Source of the DNA: an uncultured Nitrososphaerota archaeon
Lineage (GTDB): Archaea; Thermoproteota; Nitrososphaeria; Nitrososphaerales; Gagatemarchaeaceae
NCBI GenBank assembly: GCA_963718895.1
Contig: CAVRAG010000001.1
Span: 1 to 64,000 of the forward strand
Reading direction: 5' to 3'
DNA: 64,000 nucleotides
Under the pieces are notes generated by a model. It had not been told where the DNA came from and searched no databases. It saw only the letters and a program-made list of their open reading frames with translations. Positions 48,745-57,545 of this stretch are shown here, piece by piece. A program made the translations under genes and the position numbers. Position 1 is the stretch's first letter, and the number at the start of each line of letters is the position of its first letter.

Positions 48745-49350
48745 TCAGCTCCCGGGTTTCTTGGCGGCCGGAGTCCCTACGATTAGGCCCGCACCAAGGA
48801 TGACCGCGCCTACGACGGCTATCCCGACGCCAGCATAGTCAAGGCTCGTGTTAGGGCTCGTCTGCGATGTCTGAACGGTCGCACTCGTGGTACCGACGGC
48901 CGAGAACGAGGCGGGCGAGGCCGCGTTGTAGTATTCTGCATCTAGGACAAAGTAGTAGCTTCCCGCGGCCGGGGCTGACCACGTGAACGTGTACGAACCG
49001 GAGGAAGATAACGACTTGTTCAGCTCGTTCTGCCCGCCGCAGGGCGCGCAAGCCCCCCACGCTATGAAAGCAGGTTCGTTCTGGATGTACACGAAGATCG
49101 GTCCCTTGGAGCTGCTATAGTTGGAGACCGTGACCGTGCCTGTTACCGACTCGCCAGGGGTTAGGCTGGCCGCTCCCATGGCCCAGAACCCGCTCGTCGA
49201 GATTACCCTGTTCGTGCTCGGGACCACCGCTGCGGTCGTACTGGTGGTCGTCGAGCTCGTCTGCGTCGTCGGCGTCGCCAGTCCGTAGGCGGCTATCGCA
49301 ATCCCGACGACCAGGACCAGCAGCCCTGCAGCAATGATTGAGGTCTTCAC
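48745..49350 (-). CDS. Membrane protein with external GOLD-like beta-sandwich and CAPC motif, inside the ABC operon
   Basis: N- and C-terminal TM; FTWSAPAAGSYYFVLD; 4-nt overlap with the SBP gene. Confidence 0.6.
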   Translation of the reverse strand: MKTSIIAAGLLVLVVGIAIAAYGLATPTTQTSSTTTSTTAAVVPSTNRVISTSGFWAMGAASLTPGESVTGTVTVSNYSSSKGPIFVYIQNEPAFIAWGACAPCGGQNELNKSLSSSGSYTFTWSAPAAGSYYFVLDAEYYNAASPASFSAVGTTSATVQTSQTSPNTSLDYAGVGIAVVGAVILGAGLIVGTPAAKKPGS

Positions 49351-50603
49351 GTTCTCTCCTCCGAATCAGAGCGACCGCGAGAATTCCTGACCCCGAGTCC
49401 ACCGCCGACGAGTACCGAACCCAGGATGACTGGAGCGGCGGAAGACGATGTGCTGCTTCCTGACCCGGTGAAGCCCGGAATGGTGATGTTGAGCGTCGGG
49501 ATGCTGTTGTCCGTGATGATCCCGCCCGTGTAGTTACCCAGCGCAGCCAGTGCACCCTTCAGGTATGTTGTGTCGGTGAAGTACTGGGGGTTCAAGAAGA
49601 AATTGATCTCCTTTGGAGGGAGCAGGAAGTTCTCCGAGGCCGCGACGTTGCTGTAGGTGAGGCCACCGTTAGGTTGCCACAGACCCATCGCGGCCCAAAT
49701 CTTCCAGGCGGTCGCCGCTATCGTTGTGTTGGTGCCCGGGAACTCTTCGTTCTCCTTTGCGACCCAGACGGTCTCGTTCTGTGCCCATCTGTCAGCCAAG
49801 AGTACGGCCTCGGTCAGTTTGGTTATCACCTGTGGGTTGGATGTCGCGTACGCTCTGCTCGTGTAGAGCACGGAGAACATTATCGATGGGAATTCGGCGG
49901 GTATCGAGGCTAGTATGTGGTACTTGCCTGTTGCCACGGCGCTCACCACCTGGTACGGTTCCGCGATGTCACCCACGACCTTGCCAGCGATCAACGCGCT
50001 GTATCGGGACCCGCCCCCGCCGATTGGAGCGCAGTTGATCTGGCTGCCCGACAAGCCAGCCTGGGCCAAGAGGAGGTTACAGAACAGGTTAGAGGACGAA
50101 CCTGGCCCAGAGGTAGCGATTGCCTGGCCGGAGAGTTGTGAGATGCTGGTGATCGAGTTGGGGACTACGAGCGCATAGTCGTTGACGGCCTCGTAGTTTG
50201 CGAAGATCAGGAACGGATACGAGCCGCTGGAGTTCCCCTCCGCTTCATCCGCGAGCACCGTAGACTGGAAACCGCTCTCGGCTACCTGGACGGAACCTGA
50301 GACCAGAGCTTCAGCAACGGTCGAATCGCCCTCGAAGTACTGGACGTTGACGTTCAGCCCGACCTGGTGAGCGAAGGTCTGCCAGAACATGAAGCCTGGC
50401 GTATCTGTGACGTCTGGGGGACCCGAGAAGCCGAAGGTTACGTTGGTAAGTGCCTGGCCACTAGTGGTGGTGACCGTGGTGGTGGTCGTTTTCGCAGCGT
50501 TACTTATCGCATACAGACCGCCGGCTGCAACTGCTACTACTATTATAACCGCGAAGACTATGGCAGTTAACCTCGCAAGTCCAGACCTTCGACTTGAATG
50601 CAA
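49347..50603 (-). CDS. NMT1/SsuA/THI5-like substrate-binding protein
   Basis: N-terminal anchor + Thr linker; GLNVNVQYFEG...EALVSGSVQ, IATSGPGSSS, RYSALIAGKV. Confidence 0.8.
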   Translation of the reverse strand: MHSSRRSGLARLTAIVFAVIIVVAVAAGGLYAISNAAKTTTTTVTTTSGQALTNVTFGFSGPPDVTDTPGFMFWQTFAHQVGLNVNVQYFEGDSTVAEALVSGSVQVAESGFQSTVLADEAEGNSSGSYPFLIFANYEAVNDYALVVPNSITSISQLSGQAIATSGPGSSSNLFCNLLLAQAGLSGSQINCAPIGGGGSRYSALIAGKVVGDIAEPYQVVSAVATGKYHILASIPAEFPSIMFSVLYTSRAYATSNPQVITKLTEAVLLADRWAQNETVWVAKENEEFPGTNTTIAATAWKIWAAMGLWQPNGGLTYSNVAASENFLLPPKEINFFLNPQYFTDTTYLKGALAALGNYTGGIITDNSIPTLNITIPGFTGSGSSTSSSAAPVILGSVLVGGGLGVRNSRGRSDSEERT

Positions 50604-50667
50604 CCACGCGTATATCTCAAGCGAACTATTTAGGCATTGAGTTCGAGGCCCGTTTGTCTAATTTCAT

Positions 50668-51816
50668 ATGAAATACAGCGGCGATTCCATGAGCGGCAAG
50701 GATACGGATTCCGCCTTCGTGATTGACTGGATAGCGAGGCTTTCGTCCAGACCTCGGCCAGCCGGATCCAGGGAATGTGCACGAGCGGCCAGGCTGGTAC
50801 GTTCTTCCATCGAGAGCTCCGGATCATTCACAATCATCGAGGACCGTTTCGAGTTTCAGAAGTACAACCCCAGTCGCTGGGGTCTCACGATCGACGGCAA
50901 AGAGCTAAGATGTCTGCCGGCCATTTGCTCCACCTCGACGCCGAGGTCAGGGTTGGTCGGAGAACTGTGCAGGTCGGAGAGCGCGGATGTCCACGGGAAG
51001 ATAGCGCTCGTGCAGATATCTTCAACTCACGAGTCTATCGTTGTGGAGGAGATGGCCGAGAGAGGGGCAATAGCAGCCCTGGTCTTTCAGAGGGGGAGGT
51101 TCTTGCTCTCGGGGCGCGTGAGGTATCCCTCTTCCTCGATTCCCTGTCTCATGATTCAGGGCGAAGTCGGTGAGGGACTGTGGAACGACTCGACTCGCAG
51201 ACGACTGCAGGCCACGGTGACCTTGCGGGCGAATGCAGAAAAGGGCAACGGCACCAACGTCCTCGCTACGCCAAAGGGCGCAAGGTCGAGGGCACTCTAC
51301 GTGGCGCATCGGGACTCGAGACCCTTCTCACAAGGCGCCATCGACAACGGGTCGGGCACATCTCTGATTCTCCTGTTGGCCAAAGTCATGGAGAATCAGT
51401 CATTCTCGCTCCTATCGACCGACGCCGAAGAATACGGCCTGGTTGGTGCCCGACACTTCGCCGCCAAGTACGCCCTAGGTACCGGAGTTTGCGTTGTCAA
51501 CCTCGATTCACTTGGAGTGGGGGACCTTCACCTCATAGAGAACTCAAGATCTGGGCCGCTCTCCCCAGAACTCAATTCGAGAATCTCCTCCATAGCCAAG
51601 AGCGCCGGTGTAAAACTCCGCCGACTTTCGACCCCGAGGGGTTCCGACTCCGACGCATTCATCGAGCGGGGTTCTAGGGCGGCCTGGCTAAGGTCTTCTC
51701 CCACTCCGACGGCCACGACGGTCGACGACAGTGTGGAGCACATCAGCAGGCCGGCGATTCAGGAGTGCTGCCTGCTGCTGAGGCGACTGGCCGCCGAAGA
51801 CCTCAGCGGCGCCTGA
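50668..51816 (+). CDS. M28-family peptidase-like protein with PA domain
   Basis: RPAGS, AHRDS, GAIDNGSG, AEEYGLVG, NLDS, SDS; DVHGKIALV PA motif. Confidence 0.75.
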   Translation: MKYSGDSMSGKDTDSAFVIDWIARLSSRPRPAGSRECARAARLVRSSIESSGSFTIIEDRFEFQKYNPSRWGLTIDGKELRCLPAICSTSTPRSGLVGELCRSESADVHGKIALVQISSTHESIVVEEMAERGAIAALVFQRGRFLLSGRVRYPSSSIPCLMIQGEVGEGLWNDSTRRRLQATVTLRANAEKGNGTNVLATPKGARSRALYVAHRDSRPFSQGAIDNGSGTSLILLLAKVMENQSFSLLSTDAEEYGLVGARHFAAKYALGTGVCVVNLDSLGVGDLHLIENSRSGPLSPELNSRISSIAKSAGVKLRRLSTPRGSDSDAFIERGSRAAWLRSSPTPTATTVDDSVEHISRPAIQECCLLLRRLAAEDLSGA

Positions 51817-53200
51817 TCGGTCCAGCCTTCAGTGGGCGGACGAACTTGCCTGAGCCGGGCTTGCCCATGACCACGCCGTCGCGCATTATCACATCGCCGC
51901 GCCTAATGGTCATTATGGGTATCCCCTTCACAGTCCTCCCTTCGTATGGCGTCCAGCCGACCTTGGTGTAGACGTTCTCGCCCGTCAGCTTCTTTTCCTT
52001 CTTCATGTCAACGACTACGAGGTCCGCATCGGATCCCACTCTGATCGTCCCCTTCTTGGGATAGACGCCGATGATCTTGGCAGGATTGGTCGAGGCCTCC
52101 CTAAGGAGCTGAGGGAGCGAGATCGTCCCCCTGTTCACCTCATTCAGGAAGACCGAGAGATAGTGCTCGAGCTGCGGACAACCGAACGGAGCTGCCCACG
52201 GGTCCTTTGCCATCGTCTCCTCGACCTCCTTCTTGGTGTGGGGGGCGTGATCGGTGGCGAGCACGTCGACCGTGCCGGTTCTGAGCGCTTCCCAGACCGT
52301 CTCGACCCGGTGCTTCGAGAGGAGCCCGCCTGGAAGCACCAAAGGCCCGAGGCGACTGAACTCTTCGGTGGTCGTTATGAAGTACTTGGGGTCCGTCTGG
52401 GCGGTGATGTCGTAGCCATCTGCCTTGGCTTGCTTGACCAGCTCAATGGCTTGTTCGGAGTGGGTGTGGACGAGGTGGAGCCGGGCGCCAGTCCGCTTGG
52501 CCAGTTTCACTAGCGTAGAGACAGAGACGCCGTAGATCTCCTCTTCCACGTAGGCCTTTCCGAAGCTGACAAAGGGTTTTTCCTTCGGGTGCTTCTTCCG
52601 ATGTTCAGCGTAGAAGACCTCGAAGAGGGACATGTCCGAGGGATGAACTAGGCAGGGCAGACCCGTCTTCTCGATCGCTACGAAGGTCTTGTAGAGCGTG
52701 CCGTGGTCCTCTATACAGATGCGGGGGTCGTGGGGATAGGCACCCCGGACCATGAATATCTTGAAACCCGCGGCTCCCGCCTTGGCGATCTTCCCTACCT
52801 CCGGGATCTTCGGGAAGACGAAGTGGTTAAAGTCGACAACCGACTTCTTCGCCGCGATCTTCTTCTTCGCCTCGAAGGTACTGAGGCTGTCAGTTGGGGG
52901 CTCGACGTTCGGCATGTCCACGAACATCGTGACGCCTCCGGCCGCGGCCGCCTTGGACCCGGTCTCAAAGTCCTCCTTGTACGTGTAGCCTGGATCCCTT
53001 ATGTGAGCGTGCATGTCCACGATGCCCGGGATAACGATCTTCCCGGGGAACTTGAGCCTCTCCGAGGCCTGGAGCCTGTCCTTCGTCACAGCGGCGATGA
53101 CGCCGTCGTTGATTCCCAGGTTCGCTTCCGTGAGGTCGCCGTCGAAGAAGACCTGAGCATCCTCAACCGTAAGGTCGTAAGAAGGCAAGTGCGTCCTCAT
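51803..53200 (-). CDS. Cyclic amidohydrolase (dihydroorotase/allantoinase family)
   Basis: DMHAHIRDPG, AAAGGVT...DMPN, FKIFM, TDHAPH, GSDADLVVVD, WTPYEG. Confidence 0.88.
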   Translation of the reverse strand: MRTHLPSYDLTVEDAQVFFDGDLTEANLGINDGVIAAVTKDRLQASERLKFPGKIVIPGIVDMHAHIRDPGYTYKEDFETGSKAAAAGGVTMFVDMPNVEPPTDSLSTFEAKKKIAAKKSVVDFNHFVFPKIPEVGKIAKAGAAGFKIFMVRGAYPHDPRICIEDHGTLYKTFVAIEKTGLPCLVHPSDMSLFEVFYAEHRKKHPKEKPFVSFGKAYVEEEIYGVSVSTLVKLAKRTGARLHLVHTHSEQAIELVKQAKADGYDITAQTDPKYFITTTEEFSRLGPLVLPGGLLSKHRVETVWEALRTGTVDVLATDHAPHTKKEVEETMAKDPWAAPFGCPQLEHYLSVFLNEVNRGTISLPQLLREASTNPAKIIGVYPKKGTIRVGSDADLVVVDMKKEKKLTGENVYTKVGWTPYEGRTVKGIPIMTIRRGDVIMRDGVVMGKPGSGKFVRPLKAGPIRRR

Positions 53201-53287
53201 CGACGTGGGATCTGAATATTAAACGGTTTGCACGGAACTGGACCTCGTCTGCGCGGATGAGATCCGGTCGAATCTTCTCGGCGAGTT

Positions 53288-54280
53288 CTACCGGAAGGAG
53301 GGCGCTACCTCAGACGCAAAGAGTTTCAACTGCGAGCTCAGGCTCTTCATGTCCCTGTAGATGAATTTCAGCTCGAAAGCGTTCACCCCCGACCGGCGGT
53401 AATCCTCCACTCTCTGCACAACCTCCGACGGAGATCCGATCAGGGTGACGTCCTCCCCACCTCGGCCTATCGACTTCGCGTAGCTGGCAATCGTTGCGGC
53501 TGCGTTTCTGCGCGCCGCGCTCGAGTCCACGTCCAAGCTGACAAAGATCTCATTCCCGACAATGAAGTCGGATAACCGTCTTCCGTTCTTCTTTGCTATC
53601 GATTGTATTCGCTCAACCCCCTTGGCGACGCCGGCGGGAGTAATGTTCGCGGGAATCCACCCATCTCCCAGCATTGCGGCTCTTCTCAGGGCTCTCCCCA
53701 GCCCCCCGACGACAATCGGGGGGTGAGGCAGCTGGACCGGCTTGGGGAAGACCTCGATCCCCGCGAAGTTGGCGTACTGGCCGGAGTAGCTGGAGAGGGG
53801 CTGGCGCTCGAAAACCGACAAGAGAGCCTTGAGGTAGTCGTCCGTAATCGCTCCCCTCTTTTCGAAGGGTACGCCCACCGCCTCGAACGTCTTGGCGACC
53901 AAAGGCGCGCCGGCTCCGACGCCAAGTATCAGCCTGCCGTTCGAGACTACGTCGAGGTTCATGAGTTGCTTCGCAAGGACGAGCGGATTCCGATAAGGCA
54001 GAACAATGACCGCCACTCCCAGCCGAATCGTGTTGGTCAGGCCGGCGAGATAGCTGAGCGTCGTTATCGACTCGAAGAAATTGGGTTCCCTGTCGGTGAC
54101 AGCCTCAACAGACCCCGACGACACGTGATGGGAGTTTTGGTCCCGGCTCCAGACGATTTGGTCATGGACCCAAAGAGCGTCGAACCCGAGGTCCTCGGAC
54201 TCTCTGGCCGCCTGTTTGATGTTCTGCACGTCTGCGAAGGGTCCTGAAACCGGTACCCTGACGCCGAAGGAGGTCTTCAA
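53288..54280 (-). CDS. LLM-class flavin/F420-dependent oxidoreductase
   Basis: GFDALWVHD, IRLGVAV.VLPYRNP, LDVVSNGRLILGVG, PKPVQ.PHPPI, GDGW. Confidence 0.88.
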   Translation of the reverse strand: MKTSFGVRVPVSGPFADVQNIKQAARESEDLGFDALWVHDQIVWSRDQNSHHVSSGSVEAVTDREPNFFESITTLSYLAGLTNTIRLGVAVIVLPYRNPLVLAKQLMNLDVVSNGRLILGVGAGAPLVAKTFEAVGVPFEKRGAITDDYLKALLSVFERQPLSSYSGQYANFAGIEVFPKPVQLPHPPIVVGGLGRALRRAAMLGDGWIPANITPAGVAKGVERIQSIAKKNGRRLSDFIVGNEIFVSLDVDSSAARRNAAATIASYAKSIGRGGEDVTLIGSPSEVVQRVEDYRRSGVNAFELKFIYRDMKSLSSQLKLFASEVAPSFR

Positions 54281-54283
54281 TGA

Positions 54284-54688
54284 CTAGATGCCCGCTATGA
54301 CCTCTACTTCTATGAGTTGCTCTGGATTGAACCAGCCTGCGGTCACCAGGAAGGTGCGCGCAGGGGGGACCTTGAAGTAGCTGGAGTACACCTTGTTCAT
54401 CGCTTCAAAGTACCTTATGTCCGTTACGTAGACCCACGTCTTCAGTATGTGCTCCATGTCGGTCCCCGCGGCCTCAAGCAGCGCCTTGATGTTGTCCAGA
54501 GCTTGTCTGGTCTGGCCCTCTATGCCCTCCGCCAGCTTTCCCGAGGAGTCGCGCCCGGGCTTCGCGGTGGTGAAGACGAGATTCCCGTACTTTATCGCGT
54601 TTGAGACGGGCGCGGGCGTGAGGGTCCCCGAGGCGTCCCTCTTTCCCGCCTCCGGCACCGAGTCAACCGTCACTCTCTCTTTGTCCAC
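54284..54688 (-). CDS. RidA/YjgF/RutC family imine/enamine deaminase
   Basis: IEGQTRQALDNI, MNKVY..YF..PPAR, IEVEVIA. Confidence 0.88.
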   Translation of the reverse strand: MDKERVTVDSVPEAGKRDASGTLTPAPVSNAIKYGNLVFTTAKPGRDSSGKLAEGIEGQTRQALDNIKALLEAAGTDMEHILKTWVYVTDIRYFEAMNKVYSSYFKVPPARTFLVTAGWFNPEQLIEVEVIAGI

Positions 54689-54787
54689 AGCGAAATCGAG
54701 CTCGAATTTGCTAAATAAACGTTCGCGGTGCCCGCGAAGGTCCTCCTCGACTTCGCTGCCGGGAGGGTGGAGGGGCCGAGGCTGGCG

Positions 54788-56269
54788 CTATCTCGCGGAA
54801 AGCGTCGGGTGCTTCTGTGCCTCCGACCTGATCCACCTAGATGGATTGGCCGAGTAGTCCTCGTATTCACCCTGGACATTGATCCCTGGGACCGAGGGTA
54901 TCCAAACTTCTCTCAGCATCGTGGAGACCCCGAGCTTGGTCGCGAGGGCGCGCACGTCGGGGTCGTCCAGGGCAGTCAGGTGGCCTCTGTCGATCACCTT
55001 TAGAGTCTCACCGTCCTTCGTTCTCCCCTCGTAGGTCGCAAACATGTTGTGGAGGTGGACGTGAGTCCAGGGAAGGCCGGCCTTAATCAGTTGCGGAGCG
55101 GAATTATTGGAACCCCCGAACCCGTGATGCAGGTACCCCGCGCGCTTCCTGTCGTGCAGGAAGTTCGCAAAGTGGGTCATCGCGCCCTCGTCCCTAAGCC
55201 TGAACACCCCGGGAATCGTGCCGATAGCGCACTCCCAGTACCAGAAGAAGCCGGGTCGCTTGGTCCGAATCTTTGGGGCGTTATGTGAAGGAAGCTTCAT
55301 TGCGGTTCTTATCGGATACTCCGGAAACACGACATCGCGGTACTTCTCAAGCTTCTCCCTCCACGCGTCCCCGTACTCTCCTCCGCCTTCCACCTTCAGG
55401 ATAAGGCCGTCTCTGACGTGTGCCCTGCAATTGGGGAAAGCGCCCAGGTGGTTCAGCGTACCCGCTATCACACCGGTACAATCTTCGGTGCCACCATATC
55501 CGAAGTTGATCGGCTTCCCGTACTCGTGGGCCAAAGCCATGGGCCGGCTGTCGTCGTAGTTCGTGAAAGATACATCCGTTCCCTCTGGGTCGGTGATCCT
55601 CACTTTCTCGCACCTGCGAATCGCCCTGTACACCTTCCTGTCTATGAGCGCTTGAAGCTCGAATGGGAAATCAATCTGAGGACTCGAGAACTCTTCCCGA
55701 CTTATGTACTCCATCCTCGCCCATCGGTACGGAACCCGCGGGAGAGGGCCGGCGGTGCCGCTCACGACTAGGTCGTAGCCTTCAGCCTGGACCAACTGGG
55801 AGACGGCGCCTGGGTTGAGGAGATTGGTCATCATCGTGTAGACGACCTCCTTATCGCCGAGGGGCTCTATGCTCTCCGCCTCTAGGGTCGCTATTCTTTC
55901 TGGCGGCACAGTGGGCCTGGAATCAATCGTTAGGTGGTCGACCTTGGCGCCGGACAGCCTCATCGCCTCGACGTAGTTCTCGACGACGAGGGGATCGAAC
56001 TCTGTCAACGTGATCACCAGAACCCGGTCTCCATCCTTTATGCCGTAGCGCGGAATGTGGGGTTGGTTCTCGAAGCCTTTGGACGCCGGCCTTGCCACTA
56101 TCGACTTGATCCTACGCTTGAGTCCCGCTCTAGGTACGGGCCTGAACTTGGGATATCGGGGTGCCGGGTAGACCAGATGAATGGGCATGACCAGACTCGG
56201 AGGCTCGTGATAATAGGGATTGTCCCATCTAGGGCGGTTGAGAGGAAATGCCCTGAGAAACCGCGTCAA
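54788..56269 (-). CDS. Divergent M29/thermophilic-metalloprotease-fold metalloenzyme, function unknown
   Basis: VRITDPEGTDVSF, ILKVEGG, WECAIG, GYLHHGFG, HVHLH. Confidence 0.55.
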   Translation of the reverse strand: MTRFLRAFPLNRPRWDNPYYHEPPSLVMPIHLVYPAPRYPKFRPVPRAGLKRRIKSIVARPASKGFENQPHIPRYGIKDGDRVLVITLTEFDPLVVENYVEAMRLSGAKVDHLTIDSRPTVPPERIATLEAESIEPLGDKEVVYTMMTNLLNPGAVSQLVQAEGYDLVVSGTAGPLPRVPYRWARMEYISREEFSSPQIDFPFELQALIDRKVYRAIRRCEKVRITDPEGTDVSFTNYDDSRPMALAHEYGKPINFGYGGTEDCTGVIAGTLNHLGAFPNCRAHVRDGLILKVEGGGEYGDAWREKLEKYRDVVFPEYPIRTAMKLPSHNAPKIRTKRPGFFWYWECAIGTIPGVFRLRDEGAMTHFANFLHDRKRAGYLHHGFGGSNNSAPQLIKAGLPWTHVHLHNMFATYEGRTKDGETLKVIDRGHLTALDDPDVRALATKLGVSTMLREVWIPSVPGINVQGEYEDYSANPSRWIRSEAQKHPTLSAR

Positions 56270-56420
56270 TCGAGAGTGAAGACCAAAGAACCGGCTGTGT
56301 ATCCACGCGCTGAAGAGGGTGAAGGGCCGCTACGAGGAAGGGGAGGCTGTTGTTGACGTCGTAGAGAGGAAAAGCGCCCAACCCTTATAGGCGAACCCGA
56401 CGGCAAGGTCTTGACAGGAC

Positions 56421-56765
56421 ACGATCTCAGGAGCCCACGTGATCATCTACAGCAAGGACGCCGAGGCTGACCGAGACTTCTTTCGCAACGTCCTGAAGTT
56501 CCCTCACGTCGACGCGGGCGAAGGCTGGCTCATCTTCGCCCTACCCCCGTCGGAGTTGGCCGTCCATCCGGCGGGGGAGAACGGCTCTCACGAACTCTAT
56601 CTGCTGTGCGATGAAATCAGGGCGACGGTCATGGCACTCAAGCAGAAGAAGGTCAAGTGCTCTGTGCCCGTGGAGCGAGACTGGGGGACGATAGCGATGA
56701 TCACCCTACCCGGCGGAGGTAAGCTCGGTCTCTACAAGCCGAAGCATCCGCTTGCCCCCCACTGA
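56421..56765 (+). CDS. VOC/glyoxalase family protein
   Basis: ISGAHVIIYSKDAEADRDFF...WLIFALPPSELAVHP...LPGGGKLGLY.PKH; start ambiguous (ACG 56421 or GTG 56439). Confidence 0.85.
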   Translation, partial: TISGAHVIIYSKDAEADRDFFRNVLKFPHVDAGEGWLIFALPPSELAVHPAGENGSHELYLLCDEIRATVMALKQKKVKCSVPVERDWGTIAMITLPGGGKLGLYKPKHPLAPH

Positions 56766-56842
56766 GAGCCCCGACGCCTTTACCGGAGAACCCGGAGGAC
56801 GCTTCCTAAGACTTTTAAGTCGCAGACCGTCCATTCTCCCAT

Positions 56843-57253
56843 TTGAGTTCAGAGTCTGAGAGCGGAGCAAGCACAGGGGTCGAGAAGGTATTCGAAGATT
56901 TCAACAAGTCCTGGATGACCTACTGGGATGCCTACGTCGACCTGCAGAATCAGCTCTATGAGAGCATCAAGACTGCAAGGGAGGTCTCGTGGCTGGCCGC
57001 GACCGACACCACCAAGATGAGCGCTATCAACTCCGTACAGCGCGAACTGTTCTCGACGATGCCCCGCAGGATGGACTACATGCCCCTCGGGCAGATCAGC
57101 CGCGACCTCGACAGCGCTGTGAGCAAGCTCGACGAGCTCGACAACGCCCTCTCGGTCGAGAAGGAGAAGTGCAAGCGCCTCGTGGAGGCGACCGACGTCC
57201 TCCAGGAGAAGGCGAGGAAGACGAAGGAAGAACTGCTCAGCGCGAAAAAGTAG
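56843..57253 (+). CDS. Hypothetical alpha-helical/coiled-coil protein
   Basis: Clean ORF after TATA-like TTTTAAG; host-like codon usage. Confidence 0.6.
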   Translation: MSSESESGASTGVEKVFEDFNKSWMTYWDAYVDLQNQLYESIKTAREVSWLAATDTTKMSAINSVQRELFSTMPRRMDYMPLGQISRDLDSAVSKLDELDNALSVEKEKCKRLVEATDVLQEKARKTKEELLSAKK

Positions 57254-57274
57254 ACCGCCCCTCCGCTGAACGGT

Positions 57275-57538
57275 CTAGGGGAGGCCAAGCCCTCCGATGT
57301 CAATCAAGACCTCTCTCTCGTTCTCCTCGGTCATCAGGCCTAGCTCGCGCATGAGGTCCTCGACCTGTTGGCGCGTCTTCCCGTCGAGGCGTTCGAAGTG
57401 GGTCGACGAGGGGTCGACCCCGTTCTCGTGGGCGAGGTTAAGAGAGTACTTCTCGAAGGCCTCGGGCGTCATGCCGACGAGTTTGAGAAGCATGAACTCT
57501 CTTGGGAAGTCTTTGTAGCAGAGGTATACCGGTGTCAT
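57275..57538 (-). CDS. Small hypothetical protein at the end of the mutase operon
   Basis: MTPVYLCYKDFPREF...; begins 7 nt after the ACAD stop. Confidence 0.6.
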   Translation of the reverse strand: MTPVYLCYKDFPREFMLLKLVGMTPEAFEKYSLNLAHENGVDPSSTHFERLDGKTRQQVEDLMRELGLMTEENEREVLIDIGGLGLP

Positions 57539-57545
57539 CCCACTC

